DNA of 64,000 bases. Origin: Candidatus Dormibacteria bacterium. GTDB taxonomy: Bacteria; Chloroflexota; Dormibacteria; Aeolococcales; Aeolococcaceae. The position numbers and the translations under genes are program-made. The stretch's first letter is position 1. The number at the start of each line of letters is the position of its first letter. Below, one piece after another: positions 27,855-37,232 of this stretch. The stretch is from NCBI GenBank assembly GCA_044450385.1, contig JBIOIZ010000002.1:15393-79392 (forward strand). The letters run 5' to 3'. The notes under the pieces were generated by a model. The model was not told the origin of the DNA. It worked only from the letters and a program-made list of their open reading frames with translations, and ran no database searches.

Positions 27855-28703
27855 ATGCGCCGCACGCTCCGGCCAACCTCGATACCGCCGTGGCCCGTGC
27901 CCTTCGATTCCAGCGCGGAGCTGGACTGGGGACGCCCCGAATACGCGCGCCGTCTGCTGCGCGAGCATCTCGACCAGGCGCACGATGGTGCGAGCCGGCG
28001 GGGCACGGTGATCGCCGGGCAGGTGCGCAGGCTCGCCCGGCTCCTTCCGAAACCGCCGGCTCGCGTTCTCGACGCGGGGTGTGGCCCCGGCCTCTACGCG
28101 GTTCCGCTCGCGCAACTCGGCCATGAGGTCACCGGTGTCGACCTGAGCGCCGCGGCTCTCAGGCATGCTCGTGCCCTCGCGCGGGACGCCCACATGTCCG
28201 GCAGGGCTCGCTTCGTGAAGGGGGACCTTCGTGACGCACCTCTCGCCGGGCCTTTCGATGCGGCGCTCCTCGTGTATTTCGTCCTCGAGGCCTTCTCACG
28301 CGCCGAACAATCGAAGGTGCTCGGGCGTATTGCCGCGTCACTCGCGCCAGATGGTGTGCTCATCGCCGAGTTGCGGCTCCGGCCCGATCAGCCCCCCGGG
28401 CGCATCGACTGGTGGGACGTGGTGCCGAACTCGCTGCTCGCGGACCGGCGCCACCTGCTCCTGGGTGACGCGGTCTATGACGAGCGCCGCCATACCTACG
28501 TGCTACGCGAGGTCGCGATCTTCGATGACGGCTCGGTGTCGGTGCAGCAGACCAGCGGATGGCTCTGTCCCTTCGGATCGATACCGCGGCTCTTCGCTCG
28601 AGCCGGGCTGTCCGAGGTCACGACATTCGACGGGTGGAGTGGCGCCCCGGCGCACGCGCTCTCCGAGACGGTCCTCGTCGTTGCGCGCCGCCGGCAGTCC
28701 TGA
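27855..28703 (+). CDS. Class I SAM-dependent methyltransferase
   Basis: Trimmed to ATG 27855. Motif I VLDAGCGPG followed by VTGVDLS. Confidence 0.8.
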   Translation: MRRTLRPTSIPPWPVPFDSSAELDWGRPEYARRLLREHLDQAHDGASRRGTVIAGQVRRLARLLPKPPARVLDAGCGPGLYAVPLAQLGHEVTGVDLSAAALRHARALARDAHMSGRARFVKGDLRDAPLAGPFDAALLVYFVLEAFSRAEQSKVLGRIAASLAPDGVLIAELRLRPDQPPGRIDWWDVVPNSLLADRRHLLLGDAVYDERRHTYVLREVAIFDDGSVSVQQTSGWLCPFGSIPRLFARAGLSEVTTFDGWSGAPAHALSETVLVVARRRQS

Positions 28704-28777
28704 GGCGCCAAGACCCACGGTGCGAGCGGCTACCATGCGTTCTTCGGTCCGGGAGTCCTGTCTGGAGTTGATTCACC

Positions 28778-30853
28778 ATGCCGACGCCCACCCCTGATCA
28801 CATCCGCACGGTCGCCGTCGTGGGACACAGCCACGACGGGAAGACGACACTGTGCGAGGCGTTGCTGCACACCGCCGGAGCAACCCAGCGCATGGGCTCG
28901 ACGGAGCAGGCGACATCGCTCTTCGACCATGAGCCCGAAGAGCAACGCCACTCGATGAGCATCGGGCTTTCCGTCGCGCACTGCGACTGGGACGGGTATC
29001 GCGTGAATCTCATCGACGCACCGGGATTCCAGGACTTCGCAGGCGAGGTTGTCGAAGGCCTCGCCGTCGCCGACGCGGCGGTCCTCGTGATCGCGGCCAC
29101 CGGGACCGTACCGGTCGGTGCCGAGATGGCCTGGGAGATGATCCAGGCCGCCGGTGTTCCCGCCCTGATCGTCGTGAACCGCATGGACAAGGAGAACGCA
29201 GCGTACGAGGCGACCGTTGATGCGCTTCGGGAGGCCTTCTCGCGCAAGCCCATTGCTGTCGCGGTACCGATCGGAGCCGCCGACGGGTTCCGCGGGTACG
29301 TCGACCTGGTGGACGACCGTGCGCACGCCTTCGACGAGCACGGCCGCGCCACCGACACCGCATTGCCCGATGAGATGAGTGCGGAGATCGAACGCGCGCA
29401 TGCCGCGCTTGTCGATGCCGCTGCGGAGAGCGACGATGCGCTGCTCGAGAAGTACCTCGAGGGCACTGAGCTCACCGACGAGGAGGTGCGCACCGCGCTC
29501 CACGCGGCGACCGCACGGGGGTCGCTGATACCGATCGTGTGTGCATCGGCGGCCATGGAGAATGGCGCGGGGCTGGTGCTCGACAGCATCGTTCGGTATC
29601 TTCCGGGGCCGACCGAACGGACTCGCGCGGGTCTCGATCCGAAGGGCAACGACGCAACTCTCACATGCGATCCGGACGGGAAGCTGTGCGCCTTCGTCTT
29701 CAAGACGACCGTCGACACCTTCGGCAAGGTCTCGTTCTTCAAGGTTTTGCGCGGCACGATGCGCGGCGACAGCCATCCGATCAACCCGCGGCTTGGTCAG
29801 GACGAGCGATTCGCGCAGCTCGGGCAGCCCAACGGCAAGGCGATCGTGACCGCCACCGAGGTGGTCGCCGGCGACATCGGGGTCGTCACCAAGCTCACCC
29901 ACACGCAGACCGGCGACACGCTCTGCGCGAAGGAGGCCCCGGTGCTGATGCCGCCATTGCCGTGGCCCTCGCCGAGCGCGTCCGCCGCGATCGTCGCTCG
30001 CACCAAGGGCGACGAGGACAAGATCATGAGCGGCCTTGCGCGTCTTGCCGAAGAAGACAGGACGTTCTCGACGGATCGAGACCCGGTCACCAACGAGGTG
30101 CTCGTCCATGGCCTGGGTGACGTCCATCTCGACGTCGCCCTCGAGCGCATGAAGCGGAAGTTCGGCGTCGATGCCGAATTGCACCCGCCCAAGATTCCGT
30201 ACCGCGAGACCATCACCGGCACCGCGCGTGTGGGCCACAAGTACAAGAAGCAGTCGGGCGGCTCCGGTCTGTACGGCGACGCGACGATCGAGATCGAGCC
30301 ACTACCGCGCGGCGGCGGCTTCGAGTGGGAGGACAAGATCTTCGGCGGTTCGATCCCACATCAGTTCCGCCCATCGGTGGAGAAGGGTGTCCGCCAGACG
30401 ATGGAGCAGGGAGCCGTCACCGGCAACCCCATCGTCGACATCAAGGTTCGTCTCGTCGACGGGTCGACACACAGCGTCGACGGCAAGGACATCGCGTTTC
30501 AGATCGCCGGCGCCATGGCGATGAGGGAGGCGGTGCAGAAGGCATCGCCGGTGATCCTCGAGCCAATCGTGAACGTCAGTGTCGTCGTCCCCGAGCGCTT
30601 CACCGGCGACATCATGGGACTGCTGAACTCGAAGCGTGGTCACGTCGGCGGGGTGAACCCGCTCGGAGACGGCCGCGCCGAGGTCAACGCGCATGTACCC
30701 CAGGCCGAGATGTACACGTTCCCCGTCGAGTTGCGTGCCATGACCCAGGGTCGCGGCCGGTATTCGATGGCGTTCGCGAGCTACGAGGAGGTGCCGGCGC
30801 ACGTCGCTCAGAAGCTCATTGATGCACACAGCAACGAGCATCCGGCAGCATGA
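28778..30853 (+). CDS. Elongation factor G paralogue (EF-G2-like)
   Basis: Five-domain EF-G length (691 aa). G1 VGHSHDGKTTL differs from the canonical AHIDAGKTT. G3 DAPGFQDF, G4 NRMD. Confidence 0.85.
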   Translation: MPTPTPDHIRTVAVVGHSHDGKTTLCEALLHTAGATQRMGSTEQATSLFDHEPEEQRHSMSIGLSVAHCDWDGYRVNLIDAPGFQDFAGEVVEGLAVADAAVLVIAATGTVPVGAEMAWEMIQAAGVPALIVVNRMDKENAAYEATVDALREAFSRKPIAVAVPIGAADGFRGYVDLVDDRAHAFDEHGRATDTALPDEMSAEIERAHAALVDAAAESDDALLEKYLEGTELTDEEVRTALHAATARGSLIPIVCASAAMENGAGLVLDSIVRYLPGPTERTRAGLDPKGNDATLTCDPDGKLCAFVFKTTVDTFGKVSFFKVLRGTMRGDSHPINPRLGQDERFAQLGQPNGKAIVTATEVVAGDIGVVTKLTHTQTGDTLCAKEAPVLMPPLPWPSPSASAAIVARTKGDEDKIMSGLARLAEEDRTFSTDRDPVTNEVLVHGLGDVHLDVALERMKRKFGVDAELHPPKIPYRETITGTARVGHKYKKQSGGSGLYGDATIEIEPLPRGGGFEWEDKIFGGSIPHQFRPSVEKGVRQTMEQGAVTGNPIVDIKVRLVDGSTHSVDGKDIAFQIAGAMAMREAVQKASPVILEPIVNVSVVVPERFTGDIMGLLNSKRGHVGGVNPLGDGRAEVNAHVPQAEMYTFPVELRAMTQGRGRYSMAFASYEEVPAHVAQKLIDAHSNEHPAA

Positions 30854-30927
30854 CGCGTGCCGGCAGGCACGGCCGCCTGCACTGACCTGCTGACGGCACC
30901 GAATTGAATCCAGTGAAGGAGCAAACC

Positions 30928-31632
30928 ATGGGCGAGACGGTCGAATTTCCCAGCAATGGACATACATGTGGCGGATATCTCGCGACGCCACCGAGCGGCA
31001 GGGGCCCGGGGGTCGTGGTCATCCAGGAGTGGTGGGGCGTCAACGCGCACATCCGCGACCTCTGTGACCGCTTCGCCACCGACGGATTCGTGGCGCTCGC
31101 TCCCGACCTGTATCACGGCAAGGAGACCAAGGAGCCCGACGAGGCCGGGAAGCTGCTCATGGAACTCGATCTCGCCGGAGCCGCACGCGACATGCTCGGT
31201 GCGGGCAAGTGGCTTGCTCAGAGCGAGCGCACGGCCGGGGACCGGGTCGGCATCGTCGGCTTCTGCATGGGCGGTGCCCTCGCCCTTTACGCTGCAACCT
31301 TGAGCGATGTGTTCGCTGCAGTCGTGCCCTTCTACCCGTACATGGGGGTGACCGCGGCGGCCAAGCCAGACGTCACCAAGATCAAAGGCGCGGTCCTCGG
31401 CCATTTCGCGGAGAAGGACGGAGCGTACACGCCCGAGCAGGTGAAGCAGCTCGAAGCCGAGATGCGTGGTGCCGGCGTCGACGTCGAGTTCTTCTGGTAC
31501 CAGGGGGCCGACCATGCGTTCTTCAACGACACGCGCCCGGAGGTCTACGACCCTGACGCGGCACGGCTGGCATGGGACCGCACCAGGGCGTTCTTCCGGA
31601 CCCACCTGGCGACCACGGTCGCCCCTGTCTGA
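30928..31632 (+). CDS. Dienelactone hydrolase family protein
   Basis: GAAGGAG upstream of ATG 30928. VVVIQEWWGVN, nucleophile GFCMGG, C-terminal GADHAFFN. Confidence 0.85.
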   Translation: MGETVEFPSNGHTCGGYLATPPSGRGPGVVVIQEWWGVNAHIRDLCDRFATDGFVALAPDLYHGKETKEPDEAGKLLMELDLAGAARDMLGAGKWLAQSERTAGDRVGIVGFCMGGALALYAATLSDVFAAVVPFYPYMGVTAAAKPDVTKIKGAVLGHFAEKDGAYTPEQVKQLEAEMRGAGVDVEFFWYQGADHAFFNDTRPEVYDPDAARLAWDRTRAFFRTHLATTVAPV

Positions 31633-31718
31633 CCACGTCTGAGGGAGCGTGCGCGTCGCGGGCGGGCTCGTTCTGGCTGCTCCTTCGGAGCCCTTTTGAC
31701 CGCCCCCGCCCGGACCCC

Positions 31719-31760
31719 GGCCTGAATTCGGCTCCAATTCAGGCCAGATGTGTCTAGAAT
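31719..31760 (+). promoter_or_regulatory. 10-bp perfect inverted repeat next to a TAGAAT -10-like hexamer
   Basis: GGCCTGAATT-CGGCTCC-AATTCAGGCC (31719-31745), followed by TAGAAT at 31755-31760, 57 nt upstream of the DUF5679 gene. No convincing -35 element. Confidence 0.3.
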
Positions 31761-31817
31761 GCCCGCAACCTGCCTCCGAGCAGTCGCAGATCCACCCCCC
31801 ACCCACCGGAGGAGCAC

Positions 31818-31964
31818 ATGGCCACTGGCTATTGCCTCAAATGCAAGGAACAGCGCGAGATCAAGGGCGCTGAGGCGATCACGATGAAGAACGGCAAACC
31901 GGCCACCACCGGCACCTGCCCCGTCTGCGGTACCAAGATCTTCAAGATCGGCAAGGCCGCCTAA
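31818..31964 (+). CDS. DUF5679-type small zinc-ribbon protein (48 aa)
   Basis: Not in the ORF track because it is under 60 aa. GGAGGAG upstream. MATGYCLKCKEQREIKGAEAITMKNGKPATTGTCPVCGTKIFKIGKAA has two CxxC pairs, matching the recalled family. Confidence 0.7.
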   Translation: MATGYCLKCKEQREIKGAEAITMKNGKPATTGTCPVCGTKIFKIGKAA

Positions 31965-32089
31965 CGTTCCTCCGCCAGGCGCCGCTCGTCAGCGTCCGGC
32001 CCTGGCGCACATCGACTGGTGACGGGGTGCTTGTGCGCCCCCAAACCAACCTCTCAACTTCCAGGACCCACCGCTCGGCGCGGGTTGGG

Positions 32090-33763
32090 TCAGGTCGCTC
32101 TGAGCAACTCCTGCTGGAGAAGATCGAGCGGCATCGACCCCAGGTTCAGCGCATCCATGTGGAATCGCTTGAGATCGAACCCCGATCCGAGCCGAGTCAT
32201 GAGCTGACCGCGGATGTCGAGCCAGGCTCGCTCTCCGACCTTGTAGCTGATCGCCTGGGCGGGCATCCCGCAATATCGCTCGAGCTCGCTGCGTGCGAAG
32301 CCCAGTCCCACAAAGCCGCAGTACCGGGTGACGAACGGGAGCGCCGTGTCCCAGTCCCAGATGCGGCCGGGGTTGTATGCCTCGGTCTCGGGGATCGCGA
32401 GCTGGAGGTGAAGGCCGATGTCGACGACGACCCGCATGGCACGAAACGCCTGGGATGCGAGCATCCCGAAGCGGTAGTCGGGCTTCTCCAGATAGCCGAG
32501 CTCGTCCATCAACCGCTCGGCATAGAGCGCCCAGCCCTCCGCGTGGCCTGAGTAGGTTCCCAGCTGTCGCTGAAAGGTGCTGAGGCGCTCCTGGAACGTC
32601 ATGCAGAGCCCGATCTGCAGATGGTGGCCGGGCACCCCCTCGTGATACGCCACCGTGATCTCGGACCAGAGCGGAAACCGCGTCCGGGCCTTGGCGGGAT
32701 ACCAGGTGCGTCCAGGGCGGCTGAAGTCCGCTGAGGGTGCGGTGTAGTACATCGCAGCCGCAGTCCCGGGAGGCGCCTCACAACACTCGATCCGGCGTAT
32801 CTGATCCGGGATGTCGAAGTGAGTCCCGTCGAGATCGGCGATGGTCCGATCGGTCAATTCCTGCAGATGGGCAAGCAGCTTGTCGATGCCTTCGATGCTC
32901 CGCGCAGGGTCACCCTGGAGCACTACCATGGCGCCGTCGATACCCGCGCCGGGTGCGATCTGGTCGGCGGTTGCGGCCATCTCGGCTTCGATCCGATGCA
33001 ACTCATCCCAGCCCCAGGCATAGATCTCCTCAGGATCGCGGTCCATGCCGAGCCACCTGCGAATCCCGATGGCGTACAGCTCGCGGCCGACCGCGTCCGT
33101 TTCGGGGGCCTGCGGCGCGTACTCGTCGCGCAGGAAGCGAGCCATGGCGGCGTACGCATCGGTCGCGGCCTGGGCGCCCTTGCGGAGCCGCTCGCCGAGC
33201 GCATCGTCGTGCGCTGTCTGAGCTGCGATGCGCGCGAAGTACGGCGTCTCACCGTCGCCGAGACCGGCCAGGGTCGCAGCTTGTTCGGCGCAGACCAGCG
33301 CCTGGCGGCGAGGAGCGATCTGTCCGGTCGCCAGACCGTACCGGAGCGACGTCCTGAAGCCGTCAAGCGAGTCGGGAACCCGACTCATCCGGGTGCCGAT
33401 CCGTTCCCAGTCGTCCGGAGTCTCGCGAGGACCGAGGTCGAACGCCATCCGGATGAACGAGAGGGGCGAGTCGAAGTTCGACAGCTGCCGCCACGGCGCG
33501 CCGGCCCGATACCCCTCGAGCCCGGCATCGATGCGGTCACGCATGACGGCCGCGGCGATCCGATCGGCCTCGTTCTCGACGGCAGCGCTGTCGAGGTCGC
33601 GGAGGGTCCGGCGGGCGAGGTCGACCATCGAATCCACGCCGTCCGGCGAGAAGTCGGTGACCTCGTCATCGTGTCCCGGTATCCCCAGATCGGTGGCCAT
33701 GAACGGGTCGAGTGAGCAGAGCTCGTCGACGTACGAGTCGGCGAGACGGAAGACCTCGGTCAC
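32090..33763 (-). CDS. DUF885 family protein (metallopeptidase-like)
   Basis: [11 protein letters not shown] motif and typical length of 557 aa. The GTG start overlaps the gyrA stop (GTGA). Confidence 0.8.
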   Translation of the reverse strand: MTEVFRLADSYVDELCSLDPFMATDLGIPGHDDEVTDFSPDGVDSMVDLARRTLRDLDSAAVENEADRIAAAVMRDRIDAGLEGYRAGAPWRQLSNFDSPLSFIRMAFDLGPRETPDDWERIGTRMSRVPDSLDGFRTSLRYGLATGQIAPRRQALVCAEQAATLAGLGDGETPYFARIAAQTAHDDALGERLRKGAQAATDAYAAMARFLRDEYAPQAPETDAVGRELYAIGIRRWLGMDRDPEEIYAWGWDELHRIEAEMAATADQIAPGAGIDGAMVVLQGDPARSIEGIDKLLAHLQELTDRTIADLDGTHFDIPDQIRRIECCEAPPGTAAAMYYTAPSADFSRPGRTWYPAKARTRFPLWSEITVAYHEGVPGHHLQIGLCMTFQERLSTFQRQLGTYSGHAEGWALYAERLMDELGYLEKPDYRFGMLASQAFRAMRVVVDIGLHLQLAIPETEAYNPGRIWDWDTALPFVTRYCGFVGLGFARSELERYCGMPAQAISYKVGERAWLDIRGQLMTRLGSGFDLKRFHMDALNLGSMPLDLLQQELLRAT

Positions 33764-36219
33764 GCCTCGAGGGCAACCACCGCGCCCACCCCGGCGATCG
33801 ACGCGACGCGGTCTCCATCATCGAGCCGCATGATGATCACGCCCCTGGTCTGGCGCCCGGAGATCCGGACCTGGTCGAGCGGGATGCGGATCACCTGTCC
33901 CGACGTGGAGATCACCATGAGCTCCTCGGACAGATCTTCGACGACGCGCATGCCGACGATCTCGCCGATCTTCGGAATCGCGGTCTGGTCGACGGTGTAG
34001 ACGCCCTGGATGTTGCGGCTCTTGACCGGGTAATCACTCATCGGCGTCAGCTTGCCGAAGCCGTTCTCAGTGATCACGAGCACGTGACCCTCCGGATTGA
34101 CGATGTCGAAGCCGGCGACCTCATCGCCCTTGCGCAACCGGATCGCCCCGACACCCATCGTGTCACGGCCCATCGGGCGCACTTCCTTCTCGGTGAATCG
34201 CGAGCCCTTGCCCCTGCGAGTCACGACCAGGACCTCGTCACCGCCCGACGAGCGGCGCACCCAGTTGAGCTCATCGTCGTCTTGGAGATTGATCGCGATG
34301 AGACCGTTGCGTCGAACCGCAGCGTAGGCGGCAGCCGGGGTCTTCTTGATCTGACCGAGCTTGGTCACCATCACCAGGTACTGCTCGTCGCTGAAGACCT
34401 CCATGTCGATGAGCGCGGTGACCTTCTCGCCCTGGTCGACCTCGATGAGGTTGATGATCGGGATGCCCTTGGCCTGGCGCTTGACGTCGGGAATCTCATG
34501 GGTGCGCAGACGGAAGACGCGACCTCGATTGGTGAAGAACAGCATGTCGCTGTGCGTGCTCGCTGTGGTCGAGTGCTCGATGTAATCCTCGTCGGTCGAG
34601 CGCCGCGCACCGACGACTCCCTTGCCGCCGCGATGCTGCGCACGGTAGTTGTCGAGCGACATGCGCTTGATGTAGCCGCGATGCGTGAGCGTCACGAAGA
34701 CCTGCTCCTGGGGGATGAGGTCTTCCTCATTCATCTCGAGCTCGTCGTGACGGATCTCGCTGCGTCTCGGATCAGCGAAGCGCCGGCGGAGGTTGGTGAC
34801 CTCGTCCTTGATCACGGCGTCGATGAGCCGCGGATTGGCGAGAAGGTCCTCGAGCTGCGCGATCTTCTTGATGAGCTCTTCGTACTCCTCGCGGAGCTTG
34901 CCGCTCTCGAGCCGCGTAAGGCGCCCAAGGCGGAGGTCGACGATCGCTTTCGACTGGCGCTCGGTGAGACTGAACCGCTGTTCCAGGGCGGTCTGCGCGG
35001 ACTTCTCGTCCTGCGCCCCGCGGATGATCGCTATCGTCTCGTCGAGGTTGTCGAGGACGATCGTCAGGCCTTCGAGGATGTGCGCCCGTTCGCGGGCGGT
35101 GGTGAGCTCGTGGCGGGTGCGCCGAGTCACCACGTCGCGCCGATGCGTGATGTAGTGCTGCAGCATTGCCTTGAGGCTCAGCACCTGTGGGCGTCCGTCG
35201 ACGATGGCGAGCATCAGCGCTCCGAAGGTCATCTGCAGCTGGGTGTGCTTGTAGAGGTTGTTCAGCACCGTGTGCGGCCGCGCATTCGACTTCAACTCGA
35301 TGACGATGCGCACCTTGTCCTCACGCCCCGACTCGTCGTGCAGGTCGGCGATGCCCTCGATCTTGCGGTCGTTGACGAGCTCGGCGATCGTCTGCATCAA
35401 CCTGGATTTGTTCACCTGGTACGGCAGTTCACGGACGATGATCTGTTCTCGCCCCGACTTCGACTCCTCGAAATCGACCTGCGCGCGCATCACGATCCGG
35501 CCGCGTCCGGTGCCATACACGTTGGCGATGTCGCGGGTGTAGATGATGCCGCCGGTCGGGAAGTCAGGCCCTTTGACGATGCGGATGAGATCCTCGGTCG
35601 TGGTCTCCGGAGCGTCGATCAAACGGACCACCGCGTCGCAGATCTCGCCCAGGTTGTGGGGTGGGATGTTGGTTGCCATGCCGACCGCGATGCCGCTCGC
35701 GCCGTTGACCAGGAGGTTGGGGAGCAGCGACGGCATGACCGACGGCTCGCGCACGCCGGGGACGTTCGCAAAGTTTGGGCCGAAGTCGACAGTATCCTTC
35801 TCGATGTCGTCGACGAGGCTCATGGCCACGGCGGTCATGCGCGCCTCGGTGTACCGGTATGCGGCGGGGGGATCGCCGTCGACGGATCCGAAGTTTCCCT
35901 GCCCGTCGATGAGCGGATAGCGCATCACCCATGGCTGCGCGAGCCGGACTAGGGTGTCGTATACGGCCGAGTCACCATGGGGGTGATACTTGCCCAGCAC
36001 TTCGCCGACGACCGCGGCGCACTTCTGGTAGCGCGCCCCGGCGGTCATGCCGGTGTCCAGCATCGCCCAGAGGATGCGGCGCTGCGCCGGCTTCAGCCCA
36101 TCGCGGATGTCCGGGAGCGCGCGGCTGATGATGACGCTCATCGCGTAGTCCATGTAGGACGCGCGCATCTCCGCCTCGAGTTCGATGGGATGAATCTGTC
36201 CGGGCTCGAACACCGCCAT
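33760..36219 (-). CDS. gyrA: DNA gyrase subunit A
   Basis: Active-site region [10 protein letters not shown]. GyrA-box QHRGGKG in the C-terminal domain argues for gyrase rather than ParC. Confidence 0.93.
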   Translation of the reverse strand: MAVFEPGQIHPIELEAEMRASYMDYAMSVIISRALPDIRDGLKPAQRRILWAMLDTGMTAGARYQKCAAVVGEVLGKYHPHGDSAVYDTLVRLAQPWVMRYPLIDGQGNFGSVDGDPPAAYRYTEARMTAVAMSLVDDIEKDTVDFGPNFANVPGVREPSVMPSLLPNLLVNGASGIAVGMATNIPPHNLGEICDAVVRLIDAPETTTEDLIRIVKGPDFPTGGIIYTRDIANVYGTGRGRIVMRAQVDFEESKSGREQIIVRELPYQVNKSRLMQTIAELVNDRKIEGIADLHDESGREDKVRIVIELKSNARPHTVLNNLYKHTQLQMTFGALMLAIVDGRPQVLSLKAMLQHYITHRRDVVTRRTRHELTTARERAHILEGLTIVLDNLDETIAIIRGAQDEKSAQTALEQRFSLTERQSKAIVDLRLGRLTRLESGKLREEYEELIKKIAQLEDLLANPRLIDAVIKDEVTNLRRRFADPRRSEIRHDELEMNEEDLIPQEQVFVTLTHRGYIKRMSLDNYRAQHRGGKGVVGARRSTDEDYIEHSTTASTHSDMLFFTNRGRVFRLRTHEIPDVKRQAKGIPIINLIEVDQGEKVTALIDMEVFSDEQYLVMVTKLGQIKKTPAAAYAAVRRNGLIAINLQDDDELNWVRRSSGGDEVLVVTRRGKGSRFTEKEVRPMGRDTMGVGAIRLRKGDEVAGFDIVNPEGHVLVITENGFGKLTPMSDYPVKSRNIQGVYTVDQTAIPKIGEIVGMRVVEDLSEELMVISTSGQVIRIPLDQVRISGRQTRGVIIMRLDDGDRVASIAGVGAVVALEA

Positions 36220-37232
36220 TACGCAGTCACCTCCGCCGGGCTGCGTACGGCACCCGCGATCACCTTGCTGACACCCTGATCTGCCGCGCGCGCAGCCACG
36301 CGAATCGCATTCATGGTTGCCTCGGCATCCGACCGGCCATGGGCGATCACGACCTCGCCGGCAACACCGAGCAACAGCGCTCCACCAGTCTTCCTGTAAT
36401 CGACCCGATCCCTGAGAGGACGCAGCTTTGGCTTGAGGAGCGCTCCCCCGACCTTGCCGCCGATGCTCTTGCGAGCCTCACGGGCAATGCTCGCAAAGAG
36501 AAAATCGCCGATGCCCTCGGCAACCTTGAGCACGACGTTGCCGGTGAATCCATCAGTGACCACGACGTCGCAGCCGCCGCGGAAGATGTCCTTGCCCTCG
36601 ACGTTACCGGCAAAGTTGATCGGGAGCGCGGCGATCAGTGGATGCGCCGCCTGGACCAGCTCCGATCCCTTTTCCGACTCCTCGCCGTTGCTGAGCAATC
36701 CGACCCGGGGGCGCTCGATACCAAGCATGGTCCGGGCGTACACGTCGCCCATCACAGCGAACTGAGCAAGCCACTCCGGCTTGCAGTCGGTGTTGGCGCC
36801 CACGTCGAGGATGAACGTCTGGCCGCCCTCACTGGGGAAGGACGCGCCGATCGCGGGCCTGGAGATGCCGGGAATGCGTTTGATGGTGAACAGCGCCGCG
36901 GCCAGCATCGCGCCGCTGTTGCCCGCGCTCACCACGCCGCGCGCCAGGCCATCAGCGACCAGCGCGCAGCTGCGCACCAGCGACGAGTCCTGTTTGGCAC
37001 GGACTGCGTTCGCCGGATGCTCGTGCATCTCCACGACCTCGCGCGCATCGACGATGTCGAGCCGATCGCCGATCGCCGCTCCGGCGTCCCCGAGCTCTGC
37101 TTCAATCGTCTCACGCTTGCCCACCAGCGTCACCGTGATGCCATGCTCGCTGGCGGCGCGCACTGCACCGCGCACGATCTCTGCGGGGGCCTGGTCGCCG
37201 CCCATCGCGTCGACCGCTATCGGAAGCGGCAT
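36219..37232 (-). CDS. plsX: Phosphate acyltransferase PlsX
   Basis: [43 protein letters not shown]. One-nt stop/start overlaps with gyrB (TGATG) and gyrA (TAATG). Confidence 0.9.
   Translation of the reverse strand: MPLPIAVDAMGGDQAPAEIVRGAVRAASEHGITVTLVGKRETIEAELGDAGAAIGDRLDIVDAREVVEMHEHPANAVRAKQDSSLVRSCALVADGLARGVVSAGNSGAMLAAALFTIKRIPGISRPAIGASFPSEGGQTFILDVGANTDCKPEWLAQFAVMGDVYARTMLGIERPRVGLLSNGEESEKGSELVQAAHPLIAALPINFAGNVEGKDIFRGGCDVVVTDGFTGNVVLKVAEGIGDFLFASIAREARKSIGGKVGGALLKPKLRPLRDRVDYRKTGGALLLGVAGEVVIAHGRSDAEATMNAIRVAARAADQGVSKVIAGAVRSPAEVTA

Noticed and set aside
33712-35952. 746-aa plus-strand ORF, plus similar long ORFs at 9817-11418, 28730-30238, 36339-37565, 43397-44434, 45959-47080, 47876-48748 and 57868-58641
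   Set aside because: All lie antisense to genes with unambiguous family motifs (gyrA, mshC-like, EF-G, plsX, ku, response regulator, kinase, GGDEF-EAL). Their translations are Arg/Asp/His-rich low-information sequences without recognisable motifs.
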